Of a stretch of DNA of 64,000 nucleotides, positions 36,760 through 49,787 are shown piece by piece. The stretch covers positions 434,001 through 498,000 of the forward strand of contig NW_003314261.1 of NCBI RefSeq assembly GCF_000143415.4, given 5' to 3'. Both the position numbers and the translations under genes were made by a program. The DNA is from Selaginella moellendorffii. Its lineage: Eukaryota; Plantae; Lycopodiophyta. The first letter of the stretch is position 1; every line of letters begins with the position of its first letter. A model generated the notes under the pieces. The model was given only the letters and a program-made list of their open reading frames with translations. It was not told where the DNA came from and made no database searches.

Positions 36760-39700
36760 GTTTTATTCTAATGAGTTGGCACCTCAAAGTAAGACATTAT
36801 AAGTTGTTGGATCAGCAAAGTCCAAAAAACTGGATAATTTAAGTGGAGTCAAGAAATGGTCTTAAAGGATTGGTAAAAGCATTTAGACTGATATGTGTTG
36901 TACCCCATGAAGGACAGGGAGGATCATAAGATATAAGTATGAAAATAATGAGTATCTCATTGATGGTAGAATATGCTATATTAAAGTCATAAAAAAAGTG
37001 TTCCCGAAAGAAAACAATTTTGGTGCAAAGTTGTGTGTGAACACTATGGTGCAATACTAACTGATAGTTGGCATGAAAAACGACTATTTTGGTCTGGGCA
37101 AAAACTTAGACATAAGTAAGAAATGTCATAAAGGTAGGTTTGTAAACCCAATGGTGTAGAGACACCAAATGTGCCAAAGTGTGATGCTTTGAGGTCAAAT
37201 TAGCAAGTTCATGAGAACCTCTTGCTAAAAGAATCCCAATAAAAATAGGAATGGTATAGGCTAAACTAAAAGGCATGCAGTTAGAGTGTGGTGACCCAAA
37301 TAATGATGGATGTGTAAAAGCATTAACAATGAGTTATAAGACTTAACAACTATGAAACAATTAAGTAAAAGATGAAAAAATAATTGATTGGATTGGTAAA
37401 AATTAACTGCCCAAGACTTTTTATTAGGATAAAAAGGTTAGATATACCCCTCTAGGGGATAAAATAGTTTATGTTGAAATATAGTAAGTCAATGTTGTAA
37501 AAGGAAATGTTCATTATCAAAGAAGGTCATCATTAGGACATTTAAACACTCTAAAACACTAAGGAGTGGTGTTTAATATCATGAGGGTATTAAATAAGGT
37601 TTAAAGAACTAAGCCCATAGCGAATAATGGACAAGAAGTGCTATCTAACGTCCAAAGTTGTGGAGATGGAAGAAATGCATTTATCTGAATTGGACAAAAT
37701 AAAAAAGGATTTTGGCATCATTAACAATGGGCATAAAGAGACCCATGTATAGCGACATGTATAGCGTCCGGTGTATGGGATATATGGTGAGCATATCCAA
37801 ATTAAAGAACCATTCTCTAAATTATTGAGTAGATTCATTCTTAAAAATATTTGCTAAGACATGGTAGAAAGTGAAAAACTACCCTTCCTAGACAGGAGGA
37901 AAATAACTAAATGAAGGCATAAGGCTAAAAAGCAAGTAGCAAAAGGGATAGAACTAAACCATACGAATTGAAAAGCATAATTAATTATAGTTATGCCAAT
38001 TGGATGTGGAAAATCAAGTGGGTGCTCAAACATGTTGCTATTAGCAACCGTGATGCTATAAAAAGTCTAAAGTATGAAATTATTTATGTTAGACCATATA
38101 GCAATTAGAAAGTTTGTGAAAGTGTTGGGGGAAGGAGGGGTGTCTCCCCCAACACTCGCTCAAACATAAGAAATGCTTCAATGCTCTCTGCAAAATACTT
38201 CCCCCCCACCCCTTGCCCTTGTGGGGCAAGGGTTTTATACAAGGAAGATGGGGAATATTTTGAGAACCAGAATATTCCTTCTCTCTCTCACTCTTTTAGT
38301 GGCCACGCCCTAATATGCGACCACAGTGGATTGCGCTCTCTAGACGCACAAGAACCTGCCGAAGAGTGTAGAGTGTACCGCTGCTACTAATGCCAAGTGC
38401 TGGTAAGTGTGTTAAACAGTAGAAACTCTAGAAAACAAAGTGGAGAAAGAAAGAAAAGAAGTAGGTGTGAAGTTTGGAGACAGGGAGGAAAACCCGATAG
38501 GAAACCCTGTAGTCAAACTGGACCCTGAAGTTAAAGAAAAAGTGTGAAAAGAGAAGAAAAATAGAGGAAAAAGAGTGTGAGTACCCAAAGAACTTAACCC
38601 ATACCTGGATTTTGGCTCAGGAAAGTGTAAGATGCAAATGTAGCCTCTTGATAACTTCCAATATGCTCCAAGGATTAGCCAAAATCGAGAAAGAAAGAGA
38701 GGTAGAAGAGAGGATGCGTTGCCTAAGGGTGGTAAGTGTGGAAATGATGAAAGATGGAGTGATATGGTGGAGCACCGAGATGGTGGTGGCACCCTGAAAA
38801 GGTGGCCATCAATAATTGTTGGCCCATAGAGTAAGCGCTGACCTCTTGGAGTAGCCGGTAACCAGTAACTGGTAACCACCTGCTCTCACTCCTACTCCTG
38901 CACTGCTCCAACACTGATATGGTGGAGTGATATGGTGGAGCGCTGAGATGGTGGTGGCACTCTGAGAAGGTGGCCATCGCTTAAAGTGTTAGGCCAATGG
39001 TCTAATGTGTTGGACTAAAGAAGACAACAGCTGAAAAGGACGGCATAGTCGTTGGGTTGCCGGTAGAGAAAGGTGGCATGTGTCCACTGAGTGTTGGAGC
39101 AGAAGAAAGTGGCTTTGGCTTCTATGGCCTTGCCTAAAGATCCACCTAGGTGCCTTGAGTGAATAAGTTCACCTAGTTGGAAGAAAGTTGCTCCAGAAAA
39201 GCTAGTGCATTGTCAGCAAATGGTCGTAAGGATATCTTAGAAATGGCATGTCCAAATGAGGTGGTGTCTTTTGCTGCTGATGCACGTATGTGTGTTCGTG
39301 GTATGGTGTAAATATGACCTCAAATGGAGATGTGAATGATGGTGAAAGAATGAAAGATGCAAGACGGGCATCTAGAGATAAGTGTGGGCAATGCTACTGA
39401 AAGTGATTGGTGATGGAACTGTGAGTGTAGATAATATGGAATGGGTGAGGGGAATGTGTGGGGGTGTGGTAATGGTAAGGGAAGGGCCAAAGAACTTGGA
39501 ACATAGACCAGGCCAAGCGAGGAACCTTTATACAAATGGCAATGTAGCTTGAGCATGAAATCCAAGGCATGGGCCATGGTCCAATGGGGAAACACCCTCT
39601 GAAAGTAAGAAAAGGAGTCATGAAAGTAAAATGAAGGAAAGGAAGAAAAAGAAGAGAAGAGGAATGCCTCACCGGATGAAGCGTTTGAGGTGAGAGTGGT

Positions 39701-42700
39701 TGTGAGTGTGTGGGAGCTCACATCCCTTAGCATCAACTAGCACGTATGCTCCACCCCTGATGTGTTGCTAGACAAAGGGGAGGGGAGAACTTTGAGTGAG
39801 GGGAGAACGAGGGGAGAACTTTGAAGGTGGCATGAACTCCTTGAGTAGAACAAGATTGCCATCCTCGAATGGTTTGGTAGACCGCTGGTGATCATTGATG
39901 GGCTTGATCTTCTGCTTGCCTCGAAGGAGATGTTCAGTTGTGGATCATTGCTGTTCTTCCAAGGTGAGAACCTCCAAGTCATATGTATAAAGCTTGTCCT
40001 CATTGCTAAGCTGCATCACTGCTGCGTATCGAAGTAAAAGTGAGAGCGTGGCACTTGGATCTCCACTGGAAGCACGGCCTCTGTCCCATAGACAAGGGAG
40101 AATGGGGTCGCAGAGATGGATGTCCTGAAGGATGTCTGAAAGGCCCACAATGCTGTAACCAAGTGCTCGTGCCAATGCTTTGGGTGATCCTCCACAAGCT
40201 TTGGGATGACTGTCTTCAATATCTTGTTGCTGGACTCCACCTGGCCATTGCGCTCAGGATAATAGCTGCTACTCTTCACATGCTTGACTTGCAGCTGCTG
40301 GAGAAGATGTTGCATCACTTGTCCAAGGAAGCTGTTGCCACGATCGGAAATCAAAATAGTAGGAACTCCGAATCAACAAATAATGTACTCATAGACAAAC
40401 TTTGCTAGAGACTATTGATCTGTCTATCACAGAGGGGTGGCCTCAACCCATTTTGTGAAATAGTCTGTAGCCATGATGATATATCATTGTCCTTTTGAGC
40501 TTGGTGGGTTGATTGGGCAGACGAAGTCAAGTCCCCACTGGAAAAAGGGACCTGGAGAAGTAATGAGCTAGAAAGGAAGACGTGGAACATGGCTTCATGG
40601 TTGAACCGTTGGCACTGCTCACATGCCTTTGCATAGGCCAAGCTATCCTGGTGAATCCGAGGCCAAAAGTAGCCATGACGCAAGAGGAGCTGTGCTGTGA
40701 CCTATCCCGAGAAATGCCTTGCACAAGAGTGGAAAGCACGAAGGAGCTTAGGGACCTCGTGTTCCCCCACACACCACAACAAAACTTCCTGAGAAATCCT
40801 TCTGTAAAGGTGTCTGTTGAGAAGGCAAAATCCCCGTGCTCAGATCTCCAATGCCTTTTGTTGCACTGGTGAGGAATCTATTGTGAACTGACCTGAATCC
40901 AAGTACACTGCAATATCCTGTAATGCTGTTGGGACTACAAAGGAAGTAGCTTCAGCAACCAGGAATTCACTCGGATCCATCACACGCTTCCGCCGCATGT
41001 GAAAAGTTGGCTGAACTCTTGGATGGTCACAATCCAAGATGAAGTACCAGGACTGTGAACTGGTCATTGTAAAAGAAAGGTCAGCACATTAAAATAGATA
41101 TGGAAATGGATACAAGCTCCAACGAGAAAGTGACAAAATCACTCCAAGGTGTAAACAACAGCTATTGCTTTTTTTTTTGCATCCACGTACTTCTTCTCAG
41201 TGTCCTTGAATGAATGTGCATAATATGTTGCATGTGGTGGCTTTTCGGGCTGTGAACATTGGCAAAGGCATACTCCAAAAGCATTTGTGCCCATTGTGAT
41301 GTAAATTTCAAAAGGAAGTTGTCGTTCTAGGTTGGAGTACCGAGGGCTCCACGGTAGGAAATTCTAAACTCAAAGAGCTATAACTCGCATGCAGCATGTC
41401 TGATTGGCTTGATTCTTTCTGCCAGTTGTGTGTCTGGATGTCATCTTCCATCTCCAAGAAACGGCATGACAAAATACGCTCAGAGTCATCAGCTACCATG
41501 ATTTTAGTGTTGTGTGACACCTCAGATAGTTGCTAAGGAATACTGAGTTCAACTGTGTCCTGTGAAAGATGGACCTGAGCTGGAGTGATTGTGTCCTCAA
41601 GCTCCATAAGAGAGAGTTGGTCCCATGCAATAAACAAATCAAAAAGCCCTTCCTCTATCCAGAAACACTCCAAAAAGCTGGATATGGGAGTCCATACCCT
41701 ATAAGCCTCACTATCACATAAAGAGGGCGTGGCTAGGGGCTTGGCCTTACTCTCAAATAAAGAGAGTGAGGCTGAGGGATGTCTCAAGCTATTTGACTCA
41801 TCTCCAACCATTTCAATCACATTGCATGAGAAAGCATCTGCCATATAGATGGTCGACTCCACCACTAACTCAGGAAAAACCTCTGTGAGCTTAAGAGGAA
41901 AGTATGGCATGGAAGCCATCTTAGTCTAAGCCTGCTGGGCTTATTGAGAAAGAGCTCTACCGTGGTTGTTGAGAAAGGTGGCACTGTGGGTTCCATCATT
42001 AATTTCCTGTGAGACACAAAATCCCTAGGCCCAAAGTGGAGCTAAAAGGGTGCCACGTGGTAGTGGCTGAAGAGAAAGCCAAACGAGCATAACATATTTG
42101 GACTAAAAGCTCCGACTTGAAAGGTCGAGAGTGGGACTGGAACTCCCAACAAAGTGCTCGAGGAATGAGCACAAAGCGAGCAATAAGCGAGGCTCTAAAA
42201 AGGGACATAAAAGGACCAACACATGACACGTGGAAGTGTCTGAGATGGAGTCCAAGATGGAGTCTAAGATGGACCCGAGATAGAGTTCGAGATGGAGTCC
42301 GAGGTGGAGTTCAAGGTGGAGTCCAAGATGGACCTGAGGTGGAGTCTGAGATGGACCCGAGATAGAGTCTAAGATGGAGTCCGAGATGGAGTCTGAGGTG
42401 GAGTCCAAGATGGACCTGAGGTGGAGTCCGAGGTGGACCTGAGATGGAGTCCGAGATGAAGTTTGAGATGGACCCGAGATGGAGTCTGAGATGGAGTCCG
42501 AGATGGAATCCAAGATGGAGTCCGAGAAGGACTCGAGATGGAGTCCGAGGTCGAGACCGAGACCAGGACTGAGACCGAGACCGAGATCAGGACCGAGACC
42601 GAGACCGAGGCCAAGGCCGAGCCCGAGACCGAGCCCAAGCCCAAACCCGAGTTCGAGTCCAAGTTCGAGTCCATGTTTGAGTCCGAGTCCAAGTCTGAGT

Positions 42701-45700
42701 CCGAGTCTGAGAGGGTGAAAGCCCGAAGCGTTCGTCTCCCAGACCCTGGGGGGTTTGGTGAGCTCCAAAAGTATAGTAAGGGGGAGGACTATAGTGGAGT
42801 CAGTTTGGCCAGGAAAGGCTAGTTTGGCCCAGAAAGGCTGTACCCAGTGTTGGGTGATGAGCTGCCCACTGGGAAGTCTAGAACTAGAGTGAACACGGAC
42901 CGACAAGTGGGGTAGATTGATGAAGTGCAAGAGCCGGCTCTAGTTCCCCCGGGAGATTGATTGGCCGATGCTCCCAGTCCAAGTGTGGGTGGCACTACCT
43001 ACTTGGATACTAGGCGTGGCTCAACAGAACCTCACTCTAAACCCATGGTTAGAGCACCCAAAGGCAGAAGGCAGGGAGAGTACCCATGAGGCTCGTGTAA
43101 GGCCATGGTGTTCTGAAATGTTGCCCCAAAGTCCCAGACTGTGAAAAGGAAGAGGAGCCATCCTCTAGTATAGAGACCAAGGATGTGGTCATGTGAGGAG
43201 GAAGTCCCAGTGGACTATGGGACTTAGTGGTCGGGCTTGTGGGCCTTGACCCAGTGGCAGTGTTGGCAAACATGGCCATGAACAAAAAGAGACTTGGTGG
43301 GGACTGGAAAGGGATATTGAGGAAGGCTAATCCCCATGTCTGTGGGCATCCTAAAGATGCTAAGGAGTGTATCTGGGATGATCACTCATGGATGGATGAC
43401 CTAGTCCTTAAGAGACGAGACTGTGATGCAAGTGGTGGTAGACCACTAGTGTGACCAAGGTGAAGAGTATGGCCTTAGCGTAACAAGCTGATATGTCGAT
43501 GGTACCTTGGGGTGTCGGTCATGGGATCGGATACGTGGAGCATTTGGGCCAAGTGCAATGGTTGAGTGGCATGGATGCCATTCTTGGGGCTTGTAAGTCC
43601 CTAAGTTCAAAATAGGACTTATGGAGGTTGTGAGTGAGACTCCTCCAAGTGGTCGGAGGTGTAGTTAAGTGACTAAAGTAAAATGAAAAATTTAGTCACT
43701 TACAACTTGGTATCGAAGCTGTTCCTTAGTCCAACTTTTATTGGTGCTCAAGTATATCACTATTAATGTTGGCATCGGAAGGTCCTAGGAGTGGGCCTAT
43801 CCTTGAGGAGTAGCATGTCGAGAGGACATGGCTCTCCCCTCAAGTTCATGCATGAACTTGGGCGTGATGTGGTGGATAGAAAAGGGCTAGTAAGGGAACG
43901 ACTTTGGGATTTTGGGAACAGTATAAAGGTTTCCTCAGAGAGTTGAGGATGTGATCCCAATGAGAGTTTAACTTAGCAAACTGGCTGATGTAGTTGTGAT
44001 AAACAACTATAGTTGGGATCACGGGAAAGATAGAGACTCCAAAGCAATAAAGGAGTCACAAGATTATCCTCATATAGTTGAGGTTGGTGCTCATGAATGT
44101 GAGACCAGAAGTGATAACCGCGGGAGATCAAATACGGAAAAGAACACAAGTCCTTGAAATGGTAGCCGGAGCTACCTCTAATAAATGCTGGAACAACCCA
44201 AGGAGTTGGGGGTGTACTTAGAGGATGAGTTGATATCTTCATCACATGGACAAGTGGTTCTAAGGGCCAAAAGGTTGCCCCAAGAAAACAAATCAAGTGT
44301 CGGGGTAACACTTGCAAAGATGATCCTTGTGAGTAGGACTTGAATACAAGAAGTTGTATTCTAGTGAGCTAGCACCTCAAACGTAGGACCTCATGGGTCG
44401 TTAGATGACAAAGTCCAAAAAGCTAGATGACTCAAATAGAGTCAAGGAATAATTCTAAAGGATTGATGGAAGCATTTGGACTAAAGTGTGTTGTACGCCA
44501 CGAAGGATGGGAGGGATTATAGGATCCAAGGATGAGAACAGAGGGTATCTCATTGATGGCAAAATGTGCCATGCTAAAGTCGTGAGAAAGGTGTTCCCCA
44601 AAAAGAAAGCAACTTTGGCATAAAGTTGTGTGTGAACACTATGGTGCAGTGCTAACTGATAGTTGGCATGAAAAACGACTGCTTTGGTCTTGACAAAGAC
44701 TTAAACACAAATAAGAAGTGTCATAGAGGTAGGCTTGAAGAGCCATTGGTGTGGAGACACCAAATGTGCCAAAGTGAAATACCTTGAGGTTATGTTAATG
44801 GGTTCATAGGAACCCCTTGCCAAGGGAATGGCATAGCCTTAGTTGGAAGGCATGTGGTTGGAGTGTGATAACCCAGATAATGATGGAAGTGTGGAAGCAC
44901 CAAGCAATGAGTTGTAGGACTTGACAACTATGGGGCAACTAAGCAAAAGGTGCAGATAATTAGTTAAACAGGTAGAAGATAGCTACCCAAGATTTCTTAA
45001 TGGCATAAAAAAGTTAAATATACCCTTATTAGGGATAAGTTGCTTATGTTGCAATATAACAAGTCAATATCGTAAAAGAAAATGCTCATTGTCAAAGAGG
45101 CCATCATTGGGACACCCAAACACTCTAAAACACCAAGAGGTGGTGTTTAGTGTCATGAAGGCAATAGATAAGGCCCAAGGGACTAGGTCCCTAGCGAATG
45201 ATGGATAGGAGATGCTATCCAAACATCCAAGGTTGTGGAGATGGGAGGAATCCGTCTACCTGATTTGGACAAAGCCAAAAATGGGATTTTGGCAAAGGCT
45301 TGTGATGGGCATATGGAGGCCCATAAGTAGCAACAGTAATCCTGGTGTGTGGGATTATGAGGTGAGCATGCCAGATTAAGGAACCACTGGGTAGGTTCAT
45401 CCCTATGAATACTTGCTAAGGCATGGTAAAATGTGCAAAACTATCCTCTTAGTTCGGAGGAGAATAATCAAAGGAAACATATGAGGCCAAAAGGCAAGTA
45501 GTATTGGGATGGAAATGAACTATAGAAATCGAAGGGCATAACCAACGGTGGTTATGCAAGTTGGGAGTGGAGAGTCAAGAGGGTGCTCAAGGATGTTACT
45601 ACTAACTACCGCAATGCCATAGAAAGTTTAAAATGTGGAATTATCCATGTTAGACTATATGGCAAGTAGGGAGCTTGCAAAGGAGAAGCCTTAACAAGTT

Positions 45701-45750
45701 AAGGAACAAAGTTCTTTAAAGGTTCCCAAAGACAATTCTAGGTAGATAAC

Positions 45751-47090
45751 TATAAGGAACCAACTCGCCGAGATGTCGTAGGCTAAAGGAGCCTCGAAAG
45801 CATGACCAAAATGATAAAGAGTTCATCGAATAGGACCAAGTCTAAGATCGAGTCCAAGACTGACTCTAAGACCAAGTTCGAGAAAAAGTCCGGAATCGAG
45901 TCCGAGACCGACTCGGAGACTGAGTTCGAGATCGAGTTCGAGACCGAGCTCGAGACGGAGTCCGAGATCCGTAATCGGGTCAGTGTGACAGTCTTTAGCC
46001 ATCGACTTTCATTCAAAGCCCTCTCTTTGAACGCTCGGGAACTACTTCCCCAACCTCAATAGCCTCGCCTCATGGCCAACTTCAAGATCACATTTCTGCT
46101 GTGCCACTTTGATTTGGTGCGTTCTAAGAACCATTTACACTTGGCTTTCTAGGTAGTTATTGTAAGCCACAAATTTTTCCTTTCCAATTTGCTAGCTTAC
46201 CTCGCCTATCCGTCCAACACTACCTTGGCTTTTGCTAAGTTCCCTTACCAAGGTTCCCGCCTATGGTACCAGCTCCTACTTGGTCCTACTTGGTTTCAGC
46301 TACTCACTGCATGAGCAACGGAGCATTAGCCATCCATCCACGGATTCCCAAATCTCTCCCAATTCCCCTCCCCGGGTTAGACTGGACTTAAGGTTCGGCT
46401 ACACTCCCCACAAGCACAAGCAGCCAAGCACACCAAGCTTTCAGGTTCCTTACATCCCTTGGTACCACAAGACTTGATCATGGGACCCTATAAATCCCAA
46501 GTCTTGGGTGCAACACTTGTTTCGGGACGCTGGGGCAAAACACTGTGGCCTAACGGCCCAGTATGGGTACCTCTACCCCCCCACTTCCATCCCGAAGGGA
46601 AGGTCCAAGCCCCTAAGAAGGGCAAGGACCAATGAGCCGCATGGTACTCAAGTGGGGTACCACTCCACATAAGCCGGGAGCACTGTAGTCGGTTTCCCTT
46701 TCGGGAGTGGGAGCTACTCTTGAGCACTTCCTTGGATGGCCCCTCCAGCACCAACTAAGTCCATTCTCACTCCCACCCAAGGCCCCTCGGTCCCAGTCCT
46801 AACCTCAAGTCAGTTTGGAAGCCCCACTGGAGAGTTCCTTCAAAACTGGTTCCTAGACCTCACTATCCCTACTATACTTTTGGAACCCCCTGCAGCCCCC
46901 CCCCCCCCCCCTTGGGAGATGCACGCTTTGGGCTTTCACCCCTTGACCCGTATTAGTACTTGGACTTAGTCTCTAGCTCGATCTCGGATCCGACTTCGGA
47001 TTCGGTCTCAGACTCGATCTCGGACTCGATCTCAGACCCGACTTTGGACTCGATCTCGGACCTGACTTCGGACTCGACCTCGGACTCGGT
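45751..47090. mobile_element. Solo LTR of a related family, split by a 1.1-kb inversion
   Basis: Starts TATAAGG after ATAAC. Its 3' part lies reversed at 46161-47090, next to GTTAT (reverse complement of the TSD ATAAC). Shares the VNTR and the GTCCAAGTACTAATACGGG block with the LARD LTR. Confidence 0.7.
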
Positions 47091-47314
47091 CTCATATGCA
47101 TGAACCATGTTACGGTGGCCGGATGACTTGCTAAGTGAGATTAGCAAGTCATGGGAACAAATCCCCTAGTCGAATGTGCTAACTTCAAAAAGGGGTGGCC
47201 CATGCAGCCGAGTCTATGTATGATCACAGACTTGCCAAGTGAGAGGACTTGGTAGTGCGAAGGAACTAGGTTCCTAAGCTATGATCTATAGCACGCTTTA
47301 AGTACATGTTGGTG

Positions 47315-47440
47315 CACCGGCGTGGGGAGTCACGCCAGGCATCCTGCGTGATGCCATCCGTAGATGCATATACGGAGGTTGGGTTCGAGTCCCGACCCTC
47401 TAGTGCTTAGGTTCGAGTCCCAAATCACTAGGGCGTGGTG
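47315..47440 (+). ncRNA. Candidate conserved structured cis-RNA element (five hairpins, two T-loop/B-box motifs); other copies at 54461-54587, 59181-59320 and 61542-61681
   Basis: Stems ggcgtg/cacgcc, ggcatc/gatgcc, tccgta/tacgga, ggttggg-TTCGAGT-cccgacc and ctagtg/cactag, closed by cacc/ggtg; compensatory stem changes in the gypsy copies. Confidence 0.6.
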
Positions 47441-49593
47441 ATGGTTTGGAACATGAGGACACTCATTTTTCGGTGGTCATGGACTCTCAGTGAGGAGACT
47501 GGTTTGGGCACACTGCCAAGCGAGGGATGCCTCGAAGTCGTGATGCACGATTAGATTGTTTAGTGTGGCTTGGCATATCTAACTTGAACACTTTGGTGCG
47601 AGTGGCACCAAGGACGTGGTGAATGAGATAGGGACACCTAATCTCAGTTGCTATGGACCTTTGGCCATAAGGGCTGGCTTGGGTGCACCACCAAATGTGG
47701 GGGATGCCCTCGGGGTCATGGTCAACAACTTGAGAGTCTAAAAGACCAAGTACCTATTGGCAACTCTGTTAAGGTGCCAAGGTGAGATCACTAGGTGATC
47801 TTGTGGCCAAAGAAGGACAAGGTCCTTGGTTGGCTAAGGAATGAAGTTCCTGGTTTAAAGTATTGATTTGAATTGTTTATGATGGTGTGGCTTCATCAAG
47901 ATGACCAAGTAGGAAGAGCACCTAAGGGAAATAAGTTGTGTCTATGTGATGGCATGGTGAGTTCGAGGAAAGTAGTCTCTATAAGAGACCCGTGGGAGGG
48001 TCACAAAATTGAGCCATAGATAAAGCTCATAGTAGAAAATGCTAAAGAGATGTACTAGGGGTGAACACCCTCTGGACTTGGCAAAGAAAAAGCCTTCGCT
48101 ATGGAACTGAAAGGATACTTCAGGAATGGAGGTAGTGATTCTATGTTGTTAGGTGCAACAATCAAGGATAGGAGCAAAAGACTAGTGACTAAGAAAGAGC
48201 CATGGGAATCATGGGAAAGAATCCAAATGGTAAAGTTAGGCCAAGAACACTAATGTGTTAGGTGCTAATAGATTGTGGGAAAGGCAATGTGTTCCCAAGG
48301 ATAGATTCCCAATTACTCCAATGTAGTGAAAGTGGAAGCTCCAAGGGTGGGAGTGGTAAGGTAGGCAAATAATAGGGCCGTGAGCAGCTTTAGCACAAAT
48401 TATGATAACTGGAACTTAGTGCCAAAAGGGGCACGATATAGAAGAGAGGATGATGGTGCCCTCATGTAGAGAACTTCCTAGGATGGGGAAGTGGAGTTGC
48501 ACAATATGTGCAATGCAAGGTGTCGGAGACACCTAATAAATTGACTTTGAGAAGTCAAAAGTAAAAGTTCCAAAGTGCAAAAGTTATCTCGATGGAAACT
48601 GAGACTACTTGAGAAGGAGTAGTAGACTAAGATAGAGATGGTGTCTCTAACAAGTTTAGCAAGGACTAAATCAATAAACAGAGAGAACCAACACAAGTGG
48701 TTGAATAAGTCTCTAAGTTGGAGAGACTATGCTCCTTAGAGGATGGACAAGGCATGGTGAGCCTTTGGTGTCAAACCATAGATAAATATTGGTTAGGTGC
48801 CAAAGATGGAAAGGGTAATACATGTGGGTGTTACTTTATAAAAGGGTTTACTGTTCGATGAGGACATCAAACTTCGTCCATGGGTGGTGGAGTTGTGAGA
48901 CACAAAATCCCTAGGCCCAAAGTGGAGCCGAAAGGGCACCACATGGTAAAGGCCGAAGCGAAAGCCAAACGAGCGTAACACGTTTGGACTAAAAGCTCCG
49001 ATTTGAAAGGTCGAGAGCAAAAGTGGAACTCCCAACAAAGTGCTCGAAGAATGAGCATAAAGTGAGCAATAAGCAAGGCTCTAAAAAAGGACCCAAAAGG
49101 ACCAACACATGACACATGGAAGTGTCTGAGATGGAGTCCGAGATGGACCCGAGGTGGAGTCCGAGATGGACCCGAGATGGAGTCCGAGATGGAGTCCGAG
49201 GTGGAGTTCGAGGTGGAGTCCGAGATGGACCCGAGGTGGAGTCCAAAATGAAGTCCGAGATGGACCCGAGATAGAGTCTGAGATGGAGTCCGAGATGGAA
49301 TCCGAGATGGAGTCCGAGAAGGACTCGAGATGGAATCCGAGGTCGAGACCGAGACCAGGACCGAGACAGAGACTGAGATCGGGACTGAGATTGAGACCGA
49401 GGCCGAGGCTGAGGCCGAGACTGAGGCCGAGCCCGAGCCCGAGTTCGAGTTTGAGTCCAAGTCTGAGAGGGTGAAAGCCCAAAGCGTTCCTCTCCTAGAC
49501 CCTAGGGGGTTTGGTGAACTCCAAAAGTATAGTAAGGGGGAGGACTGCAGTGGAGCCAATTTGGCCAGGAAAGGCTAGTTTGGCCCAGAAAGG

Positions 49594-49787
49594 TGTAAAC
49601 TCCTGAGTTTAGACTTTCTAGGAGGTCACCCAACCCAGTACTATTCAAACCCAAGGACGCTTAACCCCAAGTATCCCAAGACCCTTAACTAACTGGCTAA
49701 AGGGGTGATCATTTATTCATGGGCCCTTTCTCTCTATATTTGAACCCTATGGACCGTCTCTCGAGTCATTCTCTTTGGTTGCTTACA
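49594..49787 (-). mobile_element. Cassandra solo LTR inserted in LARD-B 3' LTR
   Basis: Reverse complement of 608-801; TSD AAAGG at 49589-49593 and 49788-49792; absent from the LARD-B 5' LTR. Confidence 0.92.

Noticed and set aside
42240-42710. CRISPR-like repeat array
   Set aside because: Contiguous degenerate tandem units with no unique spacers and no cas genes; eukaryotic LTR context.
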